Source: Clostridiales bacterium (GTDB taxonomy: Bacteria > Bacillota > Clostridia > Oscillospirales > Oscillospiraceae). Taken from it: a DNA stretch of 58,089 nt. Under the pieces are notes generated by a model. That model was not told where the DNA came from. It did not search any database and saw only the letters and a program-made list of their open reading frames with translations. Positions 36,177 to 46,559 of the stretch are shown in pieces. The first letter of the stretch is position 1; the number at the start of each line of letters is the position of its first letter. Location of the stretch: the NCBI GenBank assembly GCA_029267755.1, contig JAJUHS010000001.1, forward strand, positions 1-58,089, written 5' to 3'. The position numbers and the translations under genes are program-made.

Positions 36177-36266
36177 CTCAACGCGCGTTTTTCTCGCCGC
36201 TTACGCGGCGACCGAAAAAATGCACAATATTGTGCCTTAAGCAATGCGAAAGGAATGATAATAATT
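36177..36266 (+). repeat. Copy B of the intergenic element (cimA-leuC spacer)
   Basis: CTCAACGCGCGTTTTTCTCGCCGCTTACGCGGCGACCGAAAAAATGCACAATATTGTGCC followed by CAATGCGAAAGGAATGATAATAATT and ATG. Core hairpin is TCGCCGC-TTAC-GCGGCGA, flanked by T5 and A6. Confidence 0.5.
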
Positions 36267-37526
36267 ATGGGAATGACAATGTCTCAGAAAATAATCGCCG
36301 CCCACGCGGGGCGCGACAGTGTAAAAGCGGGCGAAATCGTGATGGCGAAGCTCGACATGGTGCTGGGCAACGACATCACGGCTCCCGTGGCGATCAAGGA
36401 ATTTTACAAGGCAAAGACGTCCTGCGTTTTCGATTGCGGGAAAATCGCGCTTGTAATGGATCACTTCACTCCAAACAAAGACATAAAGGCCGCAGAACAG
36501 TGCAAGGCTGTCAGGGATTTTGCAAGGGAAAAGGGCGTCGTAAACTTTTTTGATGTCGGCGAGGTCGGAGTAGAACATGCTCTGCTTCCCGAAAAAGGTC
36601 TTGTCGGCAGCGGAGACCTCATAATCGGCGCGGACTCGCACACCTGCACCTACGGCGCACTCGGCGCGTTCTCGACCGGAGTCGGCTCAACGGATATGGC
36701 ATACGCAATGGCCACCGGAACCGCCTGGTTCAAGGTTCCCACTGCGATAAAGTTCGTGCTTCGAAATAAGCCCCAAAAATGGGTATCTGGCAAGGACGTA
36801 ATTTTACACATCATCGGCAAGATAGGCGTAAACGGCGCTCAGTACAAGTCGATGGAGTTCACCGGCGACGGACTTAAGAACCTTACGATTGACGATAGGC
36901 TCTGCATGGCTAACATGGCCATCGAGGCCGGCGCGAAAAACGGCATTTTCGAGTATGATGAAATAACCGCGGCTTATGAAGCCGAGCATAGGAGTAAAAA
37001 ACCCGTTATTTACAAAGCAGACGAGGATGCGGAGTACGAAAAAGTAATCGAGATCGACCTTTCCGCTATAAAACCCACCGTTGCCTTCCCCCACCTGCCC
37101 GAGAATACAAGAACCATTGACGAGGTTGGCGAGGTGAAGATCGATCAGGTCGTTATCGGCTCCTGCACCAACGGCAGACTTGAGGACCTCGAGATCGCCG
37201 CCGGCATCCTTAAGGGCAGAAAAGTCCATAAGGACTGCCGCGTGCTGATAATCCCCGCGACGCAGAAAATCTATCTCGAGGCAATGCAAAAGGGCTATCT
37301 CGAGATTTTCATAAACTCAGGCTGCGCCGTATCGACTCCCACCTGCGGCCCTTGCCTCGGCGGACATATGGGCGTCCTGGCGAAGGGCGAAAGAGCCGTT
37401 GCGACGACAAACCGCAACTTCGTCGGACGCATGGGACATACGGAGAGCGAGGTTTACCTTGCAAGCCCCGCAATCGCGGCGGCCTCTGCTATAGCTGGTA
37501 AGATTGCTTCCCCCGAGCAGATTTAA
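36267..37526 (+). CDS. leuC: 3-isopropylmalate dehydratase large subunit
   Basis: [15 protein letters not shown]..., [21 protein letters not shown]. The ORF-track start 36036 overlaps cimA and is only read-through of an open frame. Confidence 0.93.
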   Translation: MGMTMSQKIIAAHAGRDSVKAGEIVMAKLDMVLGNDITAPVAIKEFYKAKTSCVFDCGKIALVMDHFTPNKDIKAAEQCKAVRDFAREKGVVNFFDVGEVGVEHALLPEKGLVGSGDLIIGADSHTCTYGALGAFSTGVGSTDMAYAMATGTAWFKVPTAIKFVLRNKPQKWVSGKDVILHIIGKIGVNGAQYKSMEFTGDGLKNLTIDDRLCMANMAIEAGAKNGIFEYDEITAAYEAEHRSKKPVIYKADEDAEYEKVIEIDLSAIKPTVAFPHLPENTRTIDEVGEVKIDQVVIGSCTNGRLEDLEIAAGILKGRKVHKDCRVLIIPATQKIYLEAMQKGYLEIFINSGCAVSTPTCGPCLGGHMGVLAKGERAVATTNRNFVGRMGHTESEVYLASPAIAAASAIAGKIASPEQI

Positions 37527-37538
37527 GGAGGTGCTGTA

Positions 37539-38039
37539 ATGAACGCGAAAGGAAAAGTTATAAAATACGGCAACAACGTCGATACAGACGTAATAATCCC
37601 GGCAAGATATCTTAACACCACCGACGAGAAGGAGCTTGCCTCCCACTGCATGGAGGATCTCGACAAGACCTTCCCGAGCCGCGTTGCGGCAGGATGCACC
37701 ATTATGGTTGCGGGACAGAATTTCGGCTGCGGCTCGTCCAGGGAGCATGCCCCCCTTTCAATAAAGGCCGCTGGTATCTCTTGCGTCATAGCCGAGGATT
37801 TCGCGCGAATCTTCTTCAGAAACGCCATCAATATCGGACTTCCTATAGTTGAATCCCCAGAAGCTGCAGCTTCGATTGAGGACGGAGATAATGTAGAGGT
37901 CTACTTTGACGAGGGTATCATCAAAAATGTCACAAAGGGCAAGGAATTTAAAATTGCCCCCTTTCCCCCCTTCCTGCAAGCGATAATCTCCGCAGGCGGA
38001 CTTCTCGCCGCCGCGGAAAAAGGAAGGCTTATGCCTTAA
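37539..38039 (+). CDS. leuD: 3-isopropylmalate dehydratase small subunit
   Basis: [13 protein letters not shown] motif. 166 aa. Confidence 0.93.
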   Translation: MNAKGKVIKYGNNVDTDVIIPARYLNTTDEKELASHCMEDLDKTFPSRVAAGCTIMVAGQNFGCGSSREHAPLSIKAAGISCVIAEDFARIFFRNAINIGLPIVESPEAAASIEDGDNVEVYFDEGIIKNVTKGKEFKIAPFPPFLQAIISAGGLLAAAEKGRLMP

Positions 38040-38060
38040 CGAATAGAAAGGAACAGCAAT

Positions 38061-39134
38061 ATGAACTATAAAATCGCACTTGTCAGAGGCGACGGTATCG
38101 GCCCTGAGATAATCGACTCCGCAGTTAAGGTTTTAGACCGCATAGGTAAAAAATTCGGACACCAGTTTATGTATACCGACGTGCTCGCGGGAGGCTGCGC
38201 CATCGACGCAACAGGCGAGCCGCTGCCCGAGCAGAGCGTCGAAACCTGTCTTAAGAGCGACAGCGTAATGCTCGGAGCGGTCGGCGGTCCGAAGTGGGAT
38301 ACGCTGCCGGGGCATTTACGTCCGGAGAGAGCCCTGCTTGGGCTACGAAGCGCAATGAAGCTTTACGCTAACATCCGTCCCGCGGTTCTATATGACGCGC
38401 TGGTATCAGAATGCCCGCTCAGAACAAGCATTGCCAAAGAGGGCATAGACCTTATCGTAGTGCGCGAGCTAACCGGCGGAATTTACTACGGAGAACGCGG
38501 CCGCGGCGAAGGTCCCATGGGCCGCGACGCCTTTGATACCGAGCGCTACTCCGTTACGGAAATCGAGCGTATCGGACGAATTGCTTTTGAGATGGCAATG
38601 AAGCGCCGCAAAAAACTAACAAGCATCGATAAAGCAAACGTGCTGGAAAGCTCGAGGCTCTGGCGTGAAACCATGCACGAGCTAAAAAAGGAGTATCCGG
38701 AGGTTGAATACTCCGACATGCTGGTTGACAACGCCGCGATGCAGCTTGTTCGCAGGCCATCTCAGTTTGACGTAGTCGTTACGAGTAACATGTTCGGCGA
38801 CATACTTTCTGACGAAGCCTCGATGATAACCGGCTCAATCGGGCTTCTGCCCTCCGCCTCCCTCGGCGCTTCCAAACTCGGAATGTACGAGCCGATTCAC
38901 GGCTCTGCCCCCGATATTGCCGGAAAGGGCATCGCAAACCCGATAGCGACTATACTTTCCGCCGCGATGATGCTGAGGTTCTCCTTCGATCTTGAGGCTG
39001 AAGCAAAGTGCATAGATGACGCGGTTTCCGAGGTTCTTCGCTCCGGCGCGAGGACAGCCGACATCATGGGCGACAGCAAGGCGAAAGCCCTTTCCACCGA
39101 CGAAATGACGGCTTTGATTTTAAACAGGCTATAA
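38061..39134 (+). CDS. leuB: 3-isopropylmalate dehydrogenase
   Basis: IALVRGDGIGPEI, VRELTGGIYYG, NMFGDILSDEAS, GSAPDIAGKGIANP. Confidence 0.95.
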   Translation: MNYKIALVRGDGIGPEIIDSAVKVLDRIGKKFGHQFMYTDVLAGGCAIDATGEPLPEQSVETCLKSDSVMLGAVGGPKWDTLPGHLRPERALLGLRSAMKLYANIRPAVLYDALVSECPLRTSIAKEGIDLIVVRELTGGIYYGERGRGEGPMGRDAFDTERYSVTEIERIGRIAFEMAMKRRKKLTSIDKANVLESSRLWRETMHELKKEYPEVEYSDMLVDNAAMQLVRRPSQFDVVVTSNMFGDILSDEASMITGSIGLLPSASLGASKLGMYEPIHGSAPDIAGKGIANPIATILSAAMMLRFSFDLEAEAKCIDDAVSEVLRSGARTADIMGDSKAKALSTDEMTALILNRL

Positions 39135-39172
39135 GCTTAGGTGAGTGCTGATCACACTCCTATTATCCAAAT

Positions 39173-39218
39173 AAAAAAGTTGGGGTTAAAGAAATAAAAC
39201 CCCAACTTTTCTATTTTG
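39173..39218. terminator. Strong terminator ending the BCAA operon
   Basis: AAAAAAGTTGGGGTT pairs with AACCCCAACTTTT, followed by CTATTTT. Confidence 0.75.
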
Positions 39219-39308
39219 GAACTTAAGTGAGCCGTTAAAAATAGCGATAATAAAATTAAGGATGTGGTGAAACCTACTTAAAAACTTGTGTTAAAACGGA
39301 GGACTAAA

Positions 39309-40964
39309 ATGTGGTTTAAAAATCTAAAAATGAAGTGGAAGCTATTTGTGGGCTTTCTTATTGTCGCAATCATGGCCGGGCTCATCGGCGGGATCGGCAT
39401 TTTCAGCTTATCAATGGTAAATTCCAAATACAGCTCCCTATATTTGAGCGATACGCGCCCTCTTGAATACCTTGAAAACGTCGCGGTAGCTTTCCAGCGC
39501 ACAAGGCTTAATATGTACCGGGTAATCGTTTCCACTGGAACGGACCAGAAGTCATATTACGACAGGCTTCAATCGTTCAATGATGAAATGTACGCCAATC
39601 TGGAAGAGTATAAAAAATATATCTCGTCAGAAGATGAGGAAAAACAGTATCAGGCTCTGATTGCAGAACTGAAAACCTACATACCGATACGGGAAAAAGT
39701 TCTCCGTCTGGCGATGGAAGGCAAGGTTTCCGAGGCCAGCCAGTCGGCGGCAAATGACGAAAAGCCGTACGGCACCACAGTCGACGGATTGATTGACTCG
39801 CTTTACACCCTCAAGCTGAAAATGGCCGATGACACCTATGCTCACAACAACTCTACCGTTAAGCTTATGATTGCTCTGACCATTGGGCTTACGGCACTGG
39901 TTTTTTGTCTTTCGCTTATCATCAGCATAATCTTAGCCAAGAAGGTCACAAAGCCTCTGGATAGTATATTAGACGCATCAAAAAAACTGACCTTAGGTGA
40001 CGTCGAAGCAACCGTCGACTTCGAATCAGAGGATGAAATCGGAACTTTGGCGAAAGCGTTTGGCGAGATGGCAAAAAATATTCGCGCCCAAGCGCTTATA
40101 GCTGAAAAAATAGCCGACGGCGACCTTACTATCAACGTCCCCATACGTTCCGAAAAGGATTTACTTGGCATTAAGCTCAGAAATCTGGTCGACACAAACA
40201 ATAATGTACTAAAAAATATCCACTCCTCCGCCCAGCTTGTAATGAACAACGCCCAGCAGGTGGCCGCTTCCAGCCAAAGCCTGGCGCAGAGCTCGACCGA
40301 ACAGGCAAGTGCAATCGAGGAAATATCCGTTTCAATAAGGGAAATAGGATATCAGGCTAAAAAGAATTCCGAGCAGGCCGAAAAAGCAAACGAAATCTCT
40401 GCGAAGGTGAAGAGTATGGCCGAGCAGAGCAACTCTCTGATGTCAGATATGCTAAAAGCCATGTCCGACATAAACGATTCGTCAAAGGACATTTCGGCTA
40501 TACTTAAGCTTATTGAGGACATTGCATTCCAGACGAATATACTTGCTTTAAACGCCGCAGTGGAGGCCGCACGCGCCGGGCAGGCCGGGAAAGGCTTCGC
40601 TGTCGTAGCTGAGGAGGTTAAGAATCTTGCTTCCAAAACTGCGGTTGCAGCTAAGGAAACCGCAGCAAAAATTACAGAAACTATAAGCAAAACGGATGCC
40701 GGCTCCAGATACGCGGAGCAAACAGCCAATTCCCTGAGCGAGATCACCGCCGGCATAGCTACAACCGCCGAATTTCTTAGTGAGATTGCCAAAATGGCAG
40801 TCAATCAGTCTGAAGGAATCGGACAAATCGATATGGCTATTAATCAGATGTCGCAGGTCGTGCAGAATGTTTCGGCAATCTCAGAGGAGAATGCGGCGGA
40901 AAGCCAGGAGTTGTCGATGCACTCGGAGAAAATGAGGAAGCTGATCGAGCAATATAAATTGTAA
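39309..40964 (+). CDS. Methyl-accepting chemotaxis protein (two TM, HAMP, MA domain)
   Basis: HAMP ([18 protein letters not shown]) and signalling hairpin [40 protein letters not shown] 39309 follows GGAGGA. Confidence 0.9.
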   Translation: MWFKNLKMKWKLFVGFLIVAIMAGLIGGIGIFSLSMVNSKYSSLYLSDTRPLEYLENVAVAFQRTRLNMYRVIVSTGTDQKSYYDRLQSFNDEMYANLEEYKKYISSEDEEKQYQALIAELKTYIPIREKVLRLAMEGKVSEASQSAANDEKPYGTTVDGLIDSLYTLKLKMADDTYAHNNSTVKLMIALTIGLTALVFCLSLIISIILAKKVTKPLDSILDASKKLTLGDVEATVDFESEDEIGTLAKAFGEMAKNIRAQALIAEKIADGDLTINVPIRSEKDLLGIKLRNLVDTNNNVLKNIHSSAQLVMNNAQQVAASSQSLAQSSTEQASAIEEISVSIREIGYQAKKNSEQAEKANEISAKVKSMAEQSNSLMSDMLKAMSDINDSSKDISAILKLIEDIAFQTNILALNAAVEAARAGQAGKGFAVVAEEVKNLASKTAVAAKETAAKITETISKTDAGSRYAEQTANSLSEITAGIATTAEFLSEIAKMAVNQSEGIGQIDMAINQMSQVVQNVSAISEENAAESQELSMHSEKMRKLIEQYKL

Positions 40965-40986
40965 TCAACTATTTTTTCTGCAAACG

Positions 40987-41025
40987 AAAACCCTTTGGAA
41001 TCTATAAGACTCCAAAGGGTTTTTG
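40987..41025. terminator. Bidirectional terminator between the MCP gene and fhs
   Basis: AAAACCCTTTGGA pairs with TCCAAAGGGTTTT around an 11-nt loop. Confidence 0.75.
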
Positions 41026-41062
41026 ATATCTAGCGATCCAAAGTACCGGCCAGAAGTCTTTT

Positions 41063-42823
41063 TTAGAACAGGCCGCTGACCTTGCCCGTCTCGACGTCGA
41101 CGTCAATGCGGCGGTAAGCCGGGTCGGAGCTGGTTCCGGGCATCATGCTTATGCTTCCGGCCATCGGGCAAAGGAACTTTGCGCCGCCGTAGACGAGGAT
41201 GTCTCTTATCGGCAGCCTCCAGCCCTTCGGAACGCCCTTCCATGTCGGCTCATGCGAGAGGCTAAGGTGGGTTTTAACCATCATGGTGCTGAAGTCGGCG
41301 TAATAGGGATCTGACTCGAAGCGCTCGGCCTTTTCAACTGCAAGCGGCGCCCAGTCGACGCCGTCGGCGCCGTATATCTCCGTTGCAATGCGCTCTACGC
41401 GCTGGCGGAGCGGCATCTCGAGGGGATAGAGGAACTTGAGATCCACAGGCTCTTCGCAGGCTTCGACAACAGCCTGAGCAAGCTCAATTGCGCCTTCGCC
41501 GCCATACTGCCAGTGCTCGGAAAGGGCGCAGCGTACACCCTGCTCGGCGCAGAGCCTCCTGACAAGCGCGATTTCGGCGTCCGTATCGGTGAAGAACTTA
41601 TTGATGCAGACGACGGGCTTAATGCCGGATTTCTTGACGTTGTTTACATGGTGGAACAGGTTTGCGCAGCCTTTTTCGAGCAGCTCGAGGTTCTCCTCCT
41701 TATATTCGGTGGGCAGGGGCTTGCCGGGAACGACAGCCGGGCCACCGCCGTGCATTTTGAGCGCGCGGATGGTTGCGACGACAACAGATACGTTGGGTGT
41801 AAGTCCGGAGAGTCGGGCCTTAACGTTCCAGAACTTCTCAAATCCAATGTCGGCGGCAAAGCCTGACTCTGTTACATGGTAATCGAACATCTTGAGGCCG
41901 AGGCGGTCGCCGATGATCGACGACTGTCCAATAGCGATGTTAGCAAAGGGACCTGCGTGTACGAGGCAAGGCTGATGCTCAACGGTGTAGCAGAGGGTCG
42001 GGTTTATGGTGTTGCGCATCCATGCGCACATCGCACCGTCAACCTCAAGATCCTTTGTCGTAATGGGATTGCCCTTCTTGTCATAGGCAAGAATGATCTT
42101 GCCGATACGCTCGCGGAGATCCTTAAGGTCGGTCGCGACGGCGAGAATTGCCATCAGCTCCGAACCGACGGCGATTCCGAACTTGGAATCCATCTCGAAA
42201 CCGTCCTTGTCGCCAGCGCCCATGCCGATGCGTATCTTGCGGAGGCACTGCGCGCAGAAGTCGATAACCCAGCCGAACTCGACGCGTTCGGGATCGATAT
42301 CTAACCTTCTCAGGCCGCGCTTTGCAAGCTGTTCGTCGGTATAGTTGCGCTCGTGCTGCATACGGGCGTTAAGCGCAACCATAGCAAGGTTGTGCGCGTT
42401 CATGATATCGTTTATGTCGCCCGTAAGTCCGAGGGAGAACTCGGTCATGGGCATCAGCAGGGCATTTCCGCCGCCTGCCGCGGTTCCCTTGACGTTCATT
42501 GTCGGTCCGCCGGAGGGCTGACGCAGACAGCCGCCTACGTTCTTTCCGAGCTTTCCAAGGCCTTCAATCAGACCGAGGGAGGTGGTGGACTTGCCTTCGC
42601 CAAGGGGAGTCGGCGTGATAGCGGTGACTTCTATGAATTTTCCGTTGGGCTTATCCTTCAGACGCTTCATAATCTTAAGGAAGTCAAGTTTCGGAGTTTT
42701 GCCATATGGTATGATCTCGTCGGGAAGAAGCCCCATCTTTTCGCGGAAAAAGTCTACGCTTGGAAGGGTTTTTTCCGCTTCCTCGGCGATTTGCCAGTCT
42801 TTGTATACCGTTGGGTCAAGCAC
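41063..42823 (-). CDS. fhs: Formate--tetrahydrofolate ligase
   Basis: [16 protein letters not shown]. Length and overall pattern are typical. GTG start after AAAGGAGAG. Confidence 0.93.
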   Translation of the reverse strand: MLDPTVYKDWQIAEEAEKTLPSVDFFREKMGLLPDEIIPYGKTPKLDFLKIMKRLKDKPNGKFIEVTAITPTPLGEGKSTTSLGLIEGLGKLGKNVGGCLRQPSGGPTMNVKGTAAGGGNALLMPMTEFSLGLTGDINDIMNAHNLAMVALNARMQHERNYTDEQLAKRGLRRLDIDPERVEFGWVIDFCAQCLRKIRIGMGAGDKDGFEMDSKFGIAVGSELMAILAVATDLKDLRERIGKIILAYDKKGNPITTKDLEVDGAMCAWMRNTINPTLCYTVEHQPCLVHAGPFANIAIGQSSIIGDRLGLKMFDYHVTESGFAADIGFEKFWNVKARLSGLTPNVSVVVATIRALKMHGGGPAVVPGKPLPTEYKEENLELLEKGCANLFHHVNNVKKSGIKPVVCINKFFTDTDAEIALVRRLCAEQGVRCALSEHWQYGGEGAIELAQAVVEACEEPVDLKFLYPLEMPLRQRVERIATEIYGADGVDWAPLAVEKAERFESDPYYADFSTMMVKTHLSLSHEPTWKGVPKGWRLPIRDILVYGGAKFLCPMAGSISMMPGTSSDPAYRRIDVDVETGKVSGLF

Positions 42824-42891
42824 GTTTGTTTCTCTCCTTTATATTTGTTTTTGGTTTGCGCCTTGTATAATAAATTTTAATTGCGCCAAAA

Positions 42892-43893
42892 TTATTGTTG
42901 CCTATTTTCCTCGGAATCGTCAGGACGAACATTCTCAGACTCCGCCGGCGTGCCATCCGCCGTATCCTCTCCGGCGTTAACGTTATTCTCTCCCGCTTTA
43001 CTGTCGGAGCTGTCGCCGTCTATTTCCCCGTTTCCGGGCTTCATGGTTGCGGCGCCGGCTTTGTTCTTGGAATATACATACATCTTAGCAGGATCCGGCT
43101 TTTTGAATCTGAAATACAACAAAAGTCCTGCCGCCGCGACGAACGAAATGGCCGCTAGAAGCTGTGATACTCGTATTCCTGTGCCAAAAAGGTAAAGGCT
43201 ATCGGTACGAAGCCCTTCTATAATCGCCCTTCCGAAGCCATACCACGCAACATAAAGCAGGAATATTTGCCCGTCGTACTTTCGTTTTTTTCTGAAAAAG
43301 AAATGGAGTATTATTAAACCCAGCACGTTCCATAATGATTCGTAAAGGAATGTCGGATGATAATATGTTGTGCCGTATTTTGTTACAAGCCCCATTTTCC
43401 ATGGCAGAGCCGTCTCGGAACCGAAGGCCTCCCTGTTTATAAAATTCCCCCAACGCCCGATGGCCTGCCCGATCAAGAGGCCAAAGGAGCCGACATCCAG
43501 CACTGGCAGCATAGGGATTTTCTTTACCCTGCTGTAAATAAAAACTCCCAAAATGCCGCCCAAAATACCCCCGTATATTGCAAGACCGCCGCTTCGTATT
43601 TTAAAGATTTCCAGCAGGTTGTCCCGGTACTCGGAAAAATTGAAAATAACATAGTATAGTCTTGCGCAGACAACCGCAAGCGGCACCGATATTATCAACA
43701 TATCGATAATATTGTCTGAGGTCAAACCGTATTCCCCGGCGTAGTGGGTTACATACAGCACGGCAATTAAAAATCCAAACGCTATTATCGCGCCGTACCA
43801 GTAAAACTCATGACCGAATAAAATATATGAACTGCTTGGGTTAAGTCTGAAGTTTTCGCCAAGCATCGGAAACGTAATCGTTGCTCCCGGCAT
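42892..43893 (-). CDS. lgt: Prolipoprotein diacylglyceryl transferase with an acidic low-complexity C-terminal tail of about 70 aa
   Basis: GGLAIYGGILGG and GRWGNFINREAFG. Tail reads ...GEIDGDSSDSKAGENNVNAGEDTADGTPAESENVRPDDSEENRQQ. Confidence 0.85.
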   Translation of the reverse strand: MPGATITFPMLGENFRLNPSSSYILFGHEFYWYGAIIAFGFLIAVLYVTHYAGEYGLTSDNIIDMLIISVPLAVVCARLYYVIFNFSEYRDNLLEIFKIRSGGLAIYGGILGGILGVFIYSRVKKIPMLPVLDVGSFGLLIGQAIGRWGNFINREAFGSETALPWKMGLVTKYGTTYYHPTFLYESLWNVLGLIILHFFFRKKRKYDGQIFLLYVAWYGFGRAIIEGLRTDSLYLFGTGIRVSQLLAAISFVAAAGLLLYFRFKKPDPAKMYVYSKNKAGAATMKPGNGEIDGDSSDSKAGENNVNAGEDTADGTPAESENVRPDDSEENRQQ

Positions 43894-45173
43894 TATTTTC
43901 CCCCCTTTGAAGGACGTATGACCGACAGCGCAAGCTTTTCAGGCGACAAGCTACTTCCGATAAATTCCACAATGTCACCGGCGGTGATTTCTTCCATAAT
44001 TTTAATATTGTCCATTGGGTCGTAATCTTCAAAATGCCCTGTCATTTGTCTGTTGCATATAAGATAAAGCGAATTTAAAGCTCTGATCTCCTCTCCGAGA
44101 GCTGCCTTTTTTAGCCTTTGATACAGAGCCTTGTCCGGCCCCTTCGACGCAATTTTCGCGGCTTCCTCCATAACAGCCTCACATACGGCGTCGGGATTTC
44201 TGCTTTCCCCGCCCACTATGGCCGCCGCCCCGTCAGGGAAGAAGGTCGTACCGCCGAAAAATGAACTGTTAATAAGTCCCTCGGCATAAAGCCTGGCATA
44301 AAGAGGCGTCGATTTCCCGAGCAAAAGGTTCATGGCGAAGTCTCCCAGCAGCTCATTTCTCTGCCGATCCTTTCCTCTAAGCCCGCCGCCGAGCTTTGTG
44401 CCCGCCATGAACAGAGGAACCGCAACCTCCATTGCCTCCTCGGTTTTGGCAGAAGCGGGGAACTGCTGCTCCTTTGCGCCATAATCCCTCACGGCGACCT
44501 CGCTTTTGGCTTTTGGCAAAATTTCCTCCGCGACTGACCCTACGATCTGCGGATCAACATCTCCGGCAACGCAAAGCACCATGTTCGAAGGATTGTAAAA
44601 GGCCTCGTGACAATAATAAAGCGTCTGCGCAGTAATTTGCGCTATACTGTCAACCGTACCCGCAATGGAATCGCGTATCGGATTATAAGCGTAAAGCGAT
44701 CTGAAAAGGTTCTGAAAGACCTTATGCTGAGGGTTGTCCTCAGTCATTCTTATCTCCTGAGCGATTATTCCCTGCTCCTTTGAAACGCTTTCGTCGGTAA
44801 AATACGGCTCGGATACAAAGCGGAGCAGAATTCTGAGATTGGCTTCAAAGTTCTCGGTACACTCAAAATGATAGGCCGTGATTCCGGAGCTTGTAAACGC
44901 ATTGGGCGACGCGCCGTTTGCCGACAGGGCGGCCAGAGCGTTGCCATCCTTTTTGTCGAACATCTTATGTTCGAGGAAGTGTGCGACTCCGGCGGGAGTG
45001 TCATGCCACTCGCCCTTAAGCTTAAACCTTCTGTCCGAGCCGCCGTAGTTTACGCCGAAGAACGCAACCTTTTTGAAAAATCCCTTTTTGGGTATTACAT
45101 ATATAGCCAGACCGTTCGGCAGAGTGTCGAACAATACCTGTTCGCCGATATTTTCATACTTGCGCAGCTCCAT
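43893..45173 (-). CDS. M16-family zinc peptidase (HxxEH present)
   Basis: AHFLEHKMF inverted zincin motif. 426 aa. Confidence 0.8.
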   Translation of the reverse strand: MELRKYENIGEQVLFDTLPNGLAIYVIPKKGFFKKVAFFGVNYGGSDRRFKLKGEWHDTPAGVAHFLEHKMFDKKDGNALAALSANGASPNAFTSSGITAYHFECTENFEANLRILLRFVSEPYFTDESVSKEQGIIAQEIRMTEDNPQHKVFQNLFRSLYAYNPIRDSIAGTVDSIAQITAQTLYYCHEAFYNPSNMVLCVAGDVDPQIVGSVAEEILPKAKSEVAVRDYGAKEQQFPASAKTEEAMEVAVPLFMAGTKLGGGLRGKDRQRNELLGDFAMNLLLGKSTPLYARLYAEGLINSSFFGGTTFFPDGAAAIVGGESRNPDAVCEAVMEEAAKIASKGPDKALYQRLKKAALGEEIRALNSLYLICNRQMTGHFEDYDPMDNIKIMEEITAGDIVEFIGSSLSPEKLALSVIRPSKGGK

Positions 45174-45175
45174 AA

Positions 45176-46471
45176 TCAGGCGCTCCTTTCCGCGTTTTCG
45201 ATGAAGTAAACGCTGTCAAGCCTGACGCTGTTCGCAACGGCAACGACCTCTTCCGCGGACACCTCTGAAACCAGCGATGCCAGCAAATCCGGAGTGCATG
45301 AAGTAGAATCGAGAGCTTGCCCAAGGTAATAATTTTCAAGCTGCGTCTGATCGTCCATCAGAGAGTTCAAATCGGTAACAACGCTTTTTTTTGCATTCGA
45401 AAGCTCGTCTGCGGTGATCTGTCCCTGCCTGCAAAGCTCCATCTGGTGCAGAATCTCTTTAAGGGCGTCGTCGTATTTGTCAACTTCAATTCCCGAGTAA
45501 ACAAAAAGAAGGCCCTTATGACGCTCTATGCGTGAGCTTGCGTAATAGCAGAGCGAAAGTCTTTCTCGGACGTTTGTAAAAAGCTTCGATGTGACGGAGC
45601 CGCCGTAAACCGCATTAAACACCATAATCGGAGCCAGAGCGGGCCTTCGCATTATTTCTCCGAGCCTGAAGCCCAGAGCAAGCTTTCCCTGAGTTACGTC
45701 CAAGCTGTCTTTAAAGTAACGGACGTCTCCGGTTTCGGTTTTAACATCGGTGGAAGCGACAGCGAAACCGTTTTGAGTTCTCGGGAGCGTTCCAAGGGCG
45801 CCGAGCATAGCCGTTTCGATACGTTTCCTATCGGCGCTGCCGCAGTAGAAAATCTCGATGGCAGCGCCCTCGAGAATACGGCGGTAATGCTCAGTAAGAG
45901 TCTGCGGAGTAATCTTCATGGAATCGTCGGCGTTGCCGAGGCTGTCGACCGAGTACGCCTCGCCAGAACACATAAGCTCGTTTAACCGGGTTGCTGCATA
46001 AAGCTGCTTGTCGTTTATCCTCGCCCTGATTCTGTCCGAAAGGTTCTCCCGCTCACTTTTTACATAGTCCGAATTAAAAATTCCGGCCTTTGTAGCGGGA
46101 AAGAGCAGTATCTGTCCAATCAGCTCCGCAACCTTTTCGAGCAGCTTTTCACCCTTCGGGACAAAGGCATCATCCACAAAATCGGCGTAAAGGCCGACGC
46201 ACTGCACCTCGCCCTTTTTCCGTACGACGGGCTCGATCCTCGCGCCGTAAAGCTCATCCATTGCGGCCGATAGGCTTTCCATGTCAGGATATCGGGCGCA
46301 CCCCCTCAGCAGCACCTGGGGCAGCAGAGCGTTTTTTGCAGCATTTTCACTCTCAAGCTGCAATTTAAACGTAACACTTATGCAACCGGTCTTGAACTTC
46401 TTTGTTGTAATGCTGGTCAGGCTGACCTGTGGGAGTATTTCTTTCCTGATCGCGGTCTCCATTTTATGCAA
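45176..46471 (-). CDS. M16-family peptidase-like subunit lacking HxxEH
   Basis: Same length class and fold-type pattern as its neighbour, but no HxxEH at the aligned position (LLPQVLLRG). Only a 2-nt gap to the downstream M16 gene. Confidence 0.7.
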   Translation of the reverse strand: MHKMETAIRKEILPQVSLTSITTKKFKTGCISVTFKLQLESENAAKNALLPQVLLRGCARYPDMESLSAAMDELYGARIEPVVRKKGEVQCVGLYADFVDDAFVPKGEKLLEKVAELIGQILLFPATKAGIFNSDYVKSERENLSDRIRARINDKQLYAATRLNELMCSGEAYSVDSLGNADDSMKITPQTLTEHYRRILEGAAIEIFYCGSADRKRIETAMLGALGTLPRTQNGFAVASTDVKTETGDVRYFKDSLDVTQGKLALGFRLGEIMRRPALAPIMVFNAVYGGSVTSKLFTNVRERLSLCYYASSRIERHKGLLFVYSGIEVDKYDDALKEILHQMELCRQGQITADELSNAKKSVVTDLNSLMDDQTQLENYYLGQALDSTSCTPDLLASLVSEVSAEEVVAVANSVRLDSVYFIENAERSA

Positions 46472-46559
46472 CCCTTCCCATATTCCAGATTCATTCTACT
46501 ACATGAAAATTTTTATAAATAGAACAATTTAAATGATTTTTTGTAATTGATTCTAAATT

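Noticed and set aside
36036-36266. N-terminal extension of the leuC ORF given in the ORF track
   Set aside because: It overlaps the 3' end of cimA and the repeat element. The canonical LeuC N-terminus [10 protein letters not shown] starts at ATG 36267 with an RBS.
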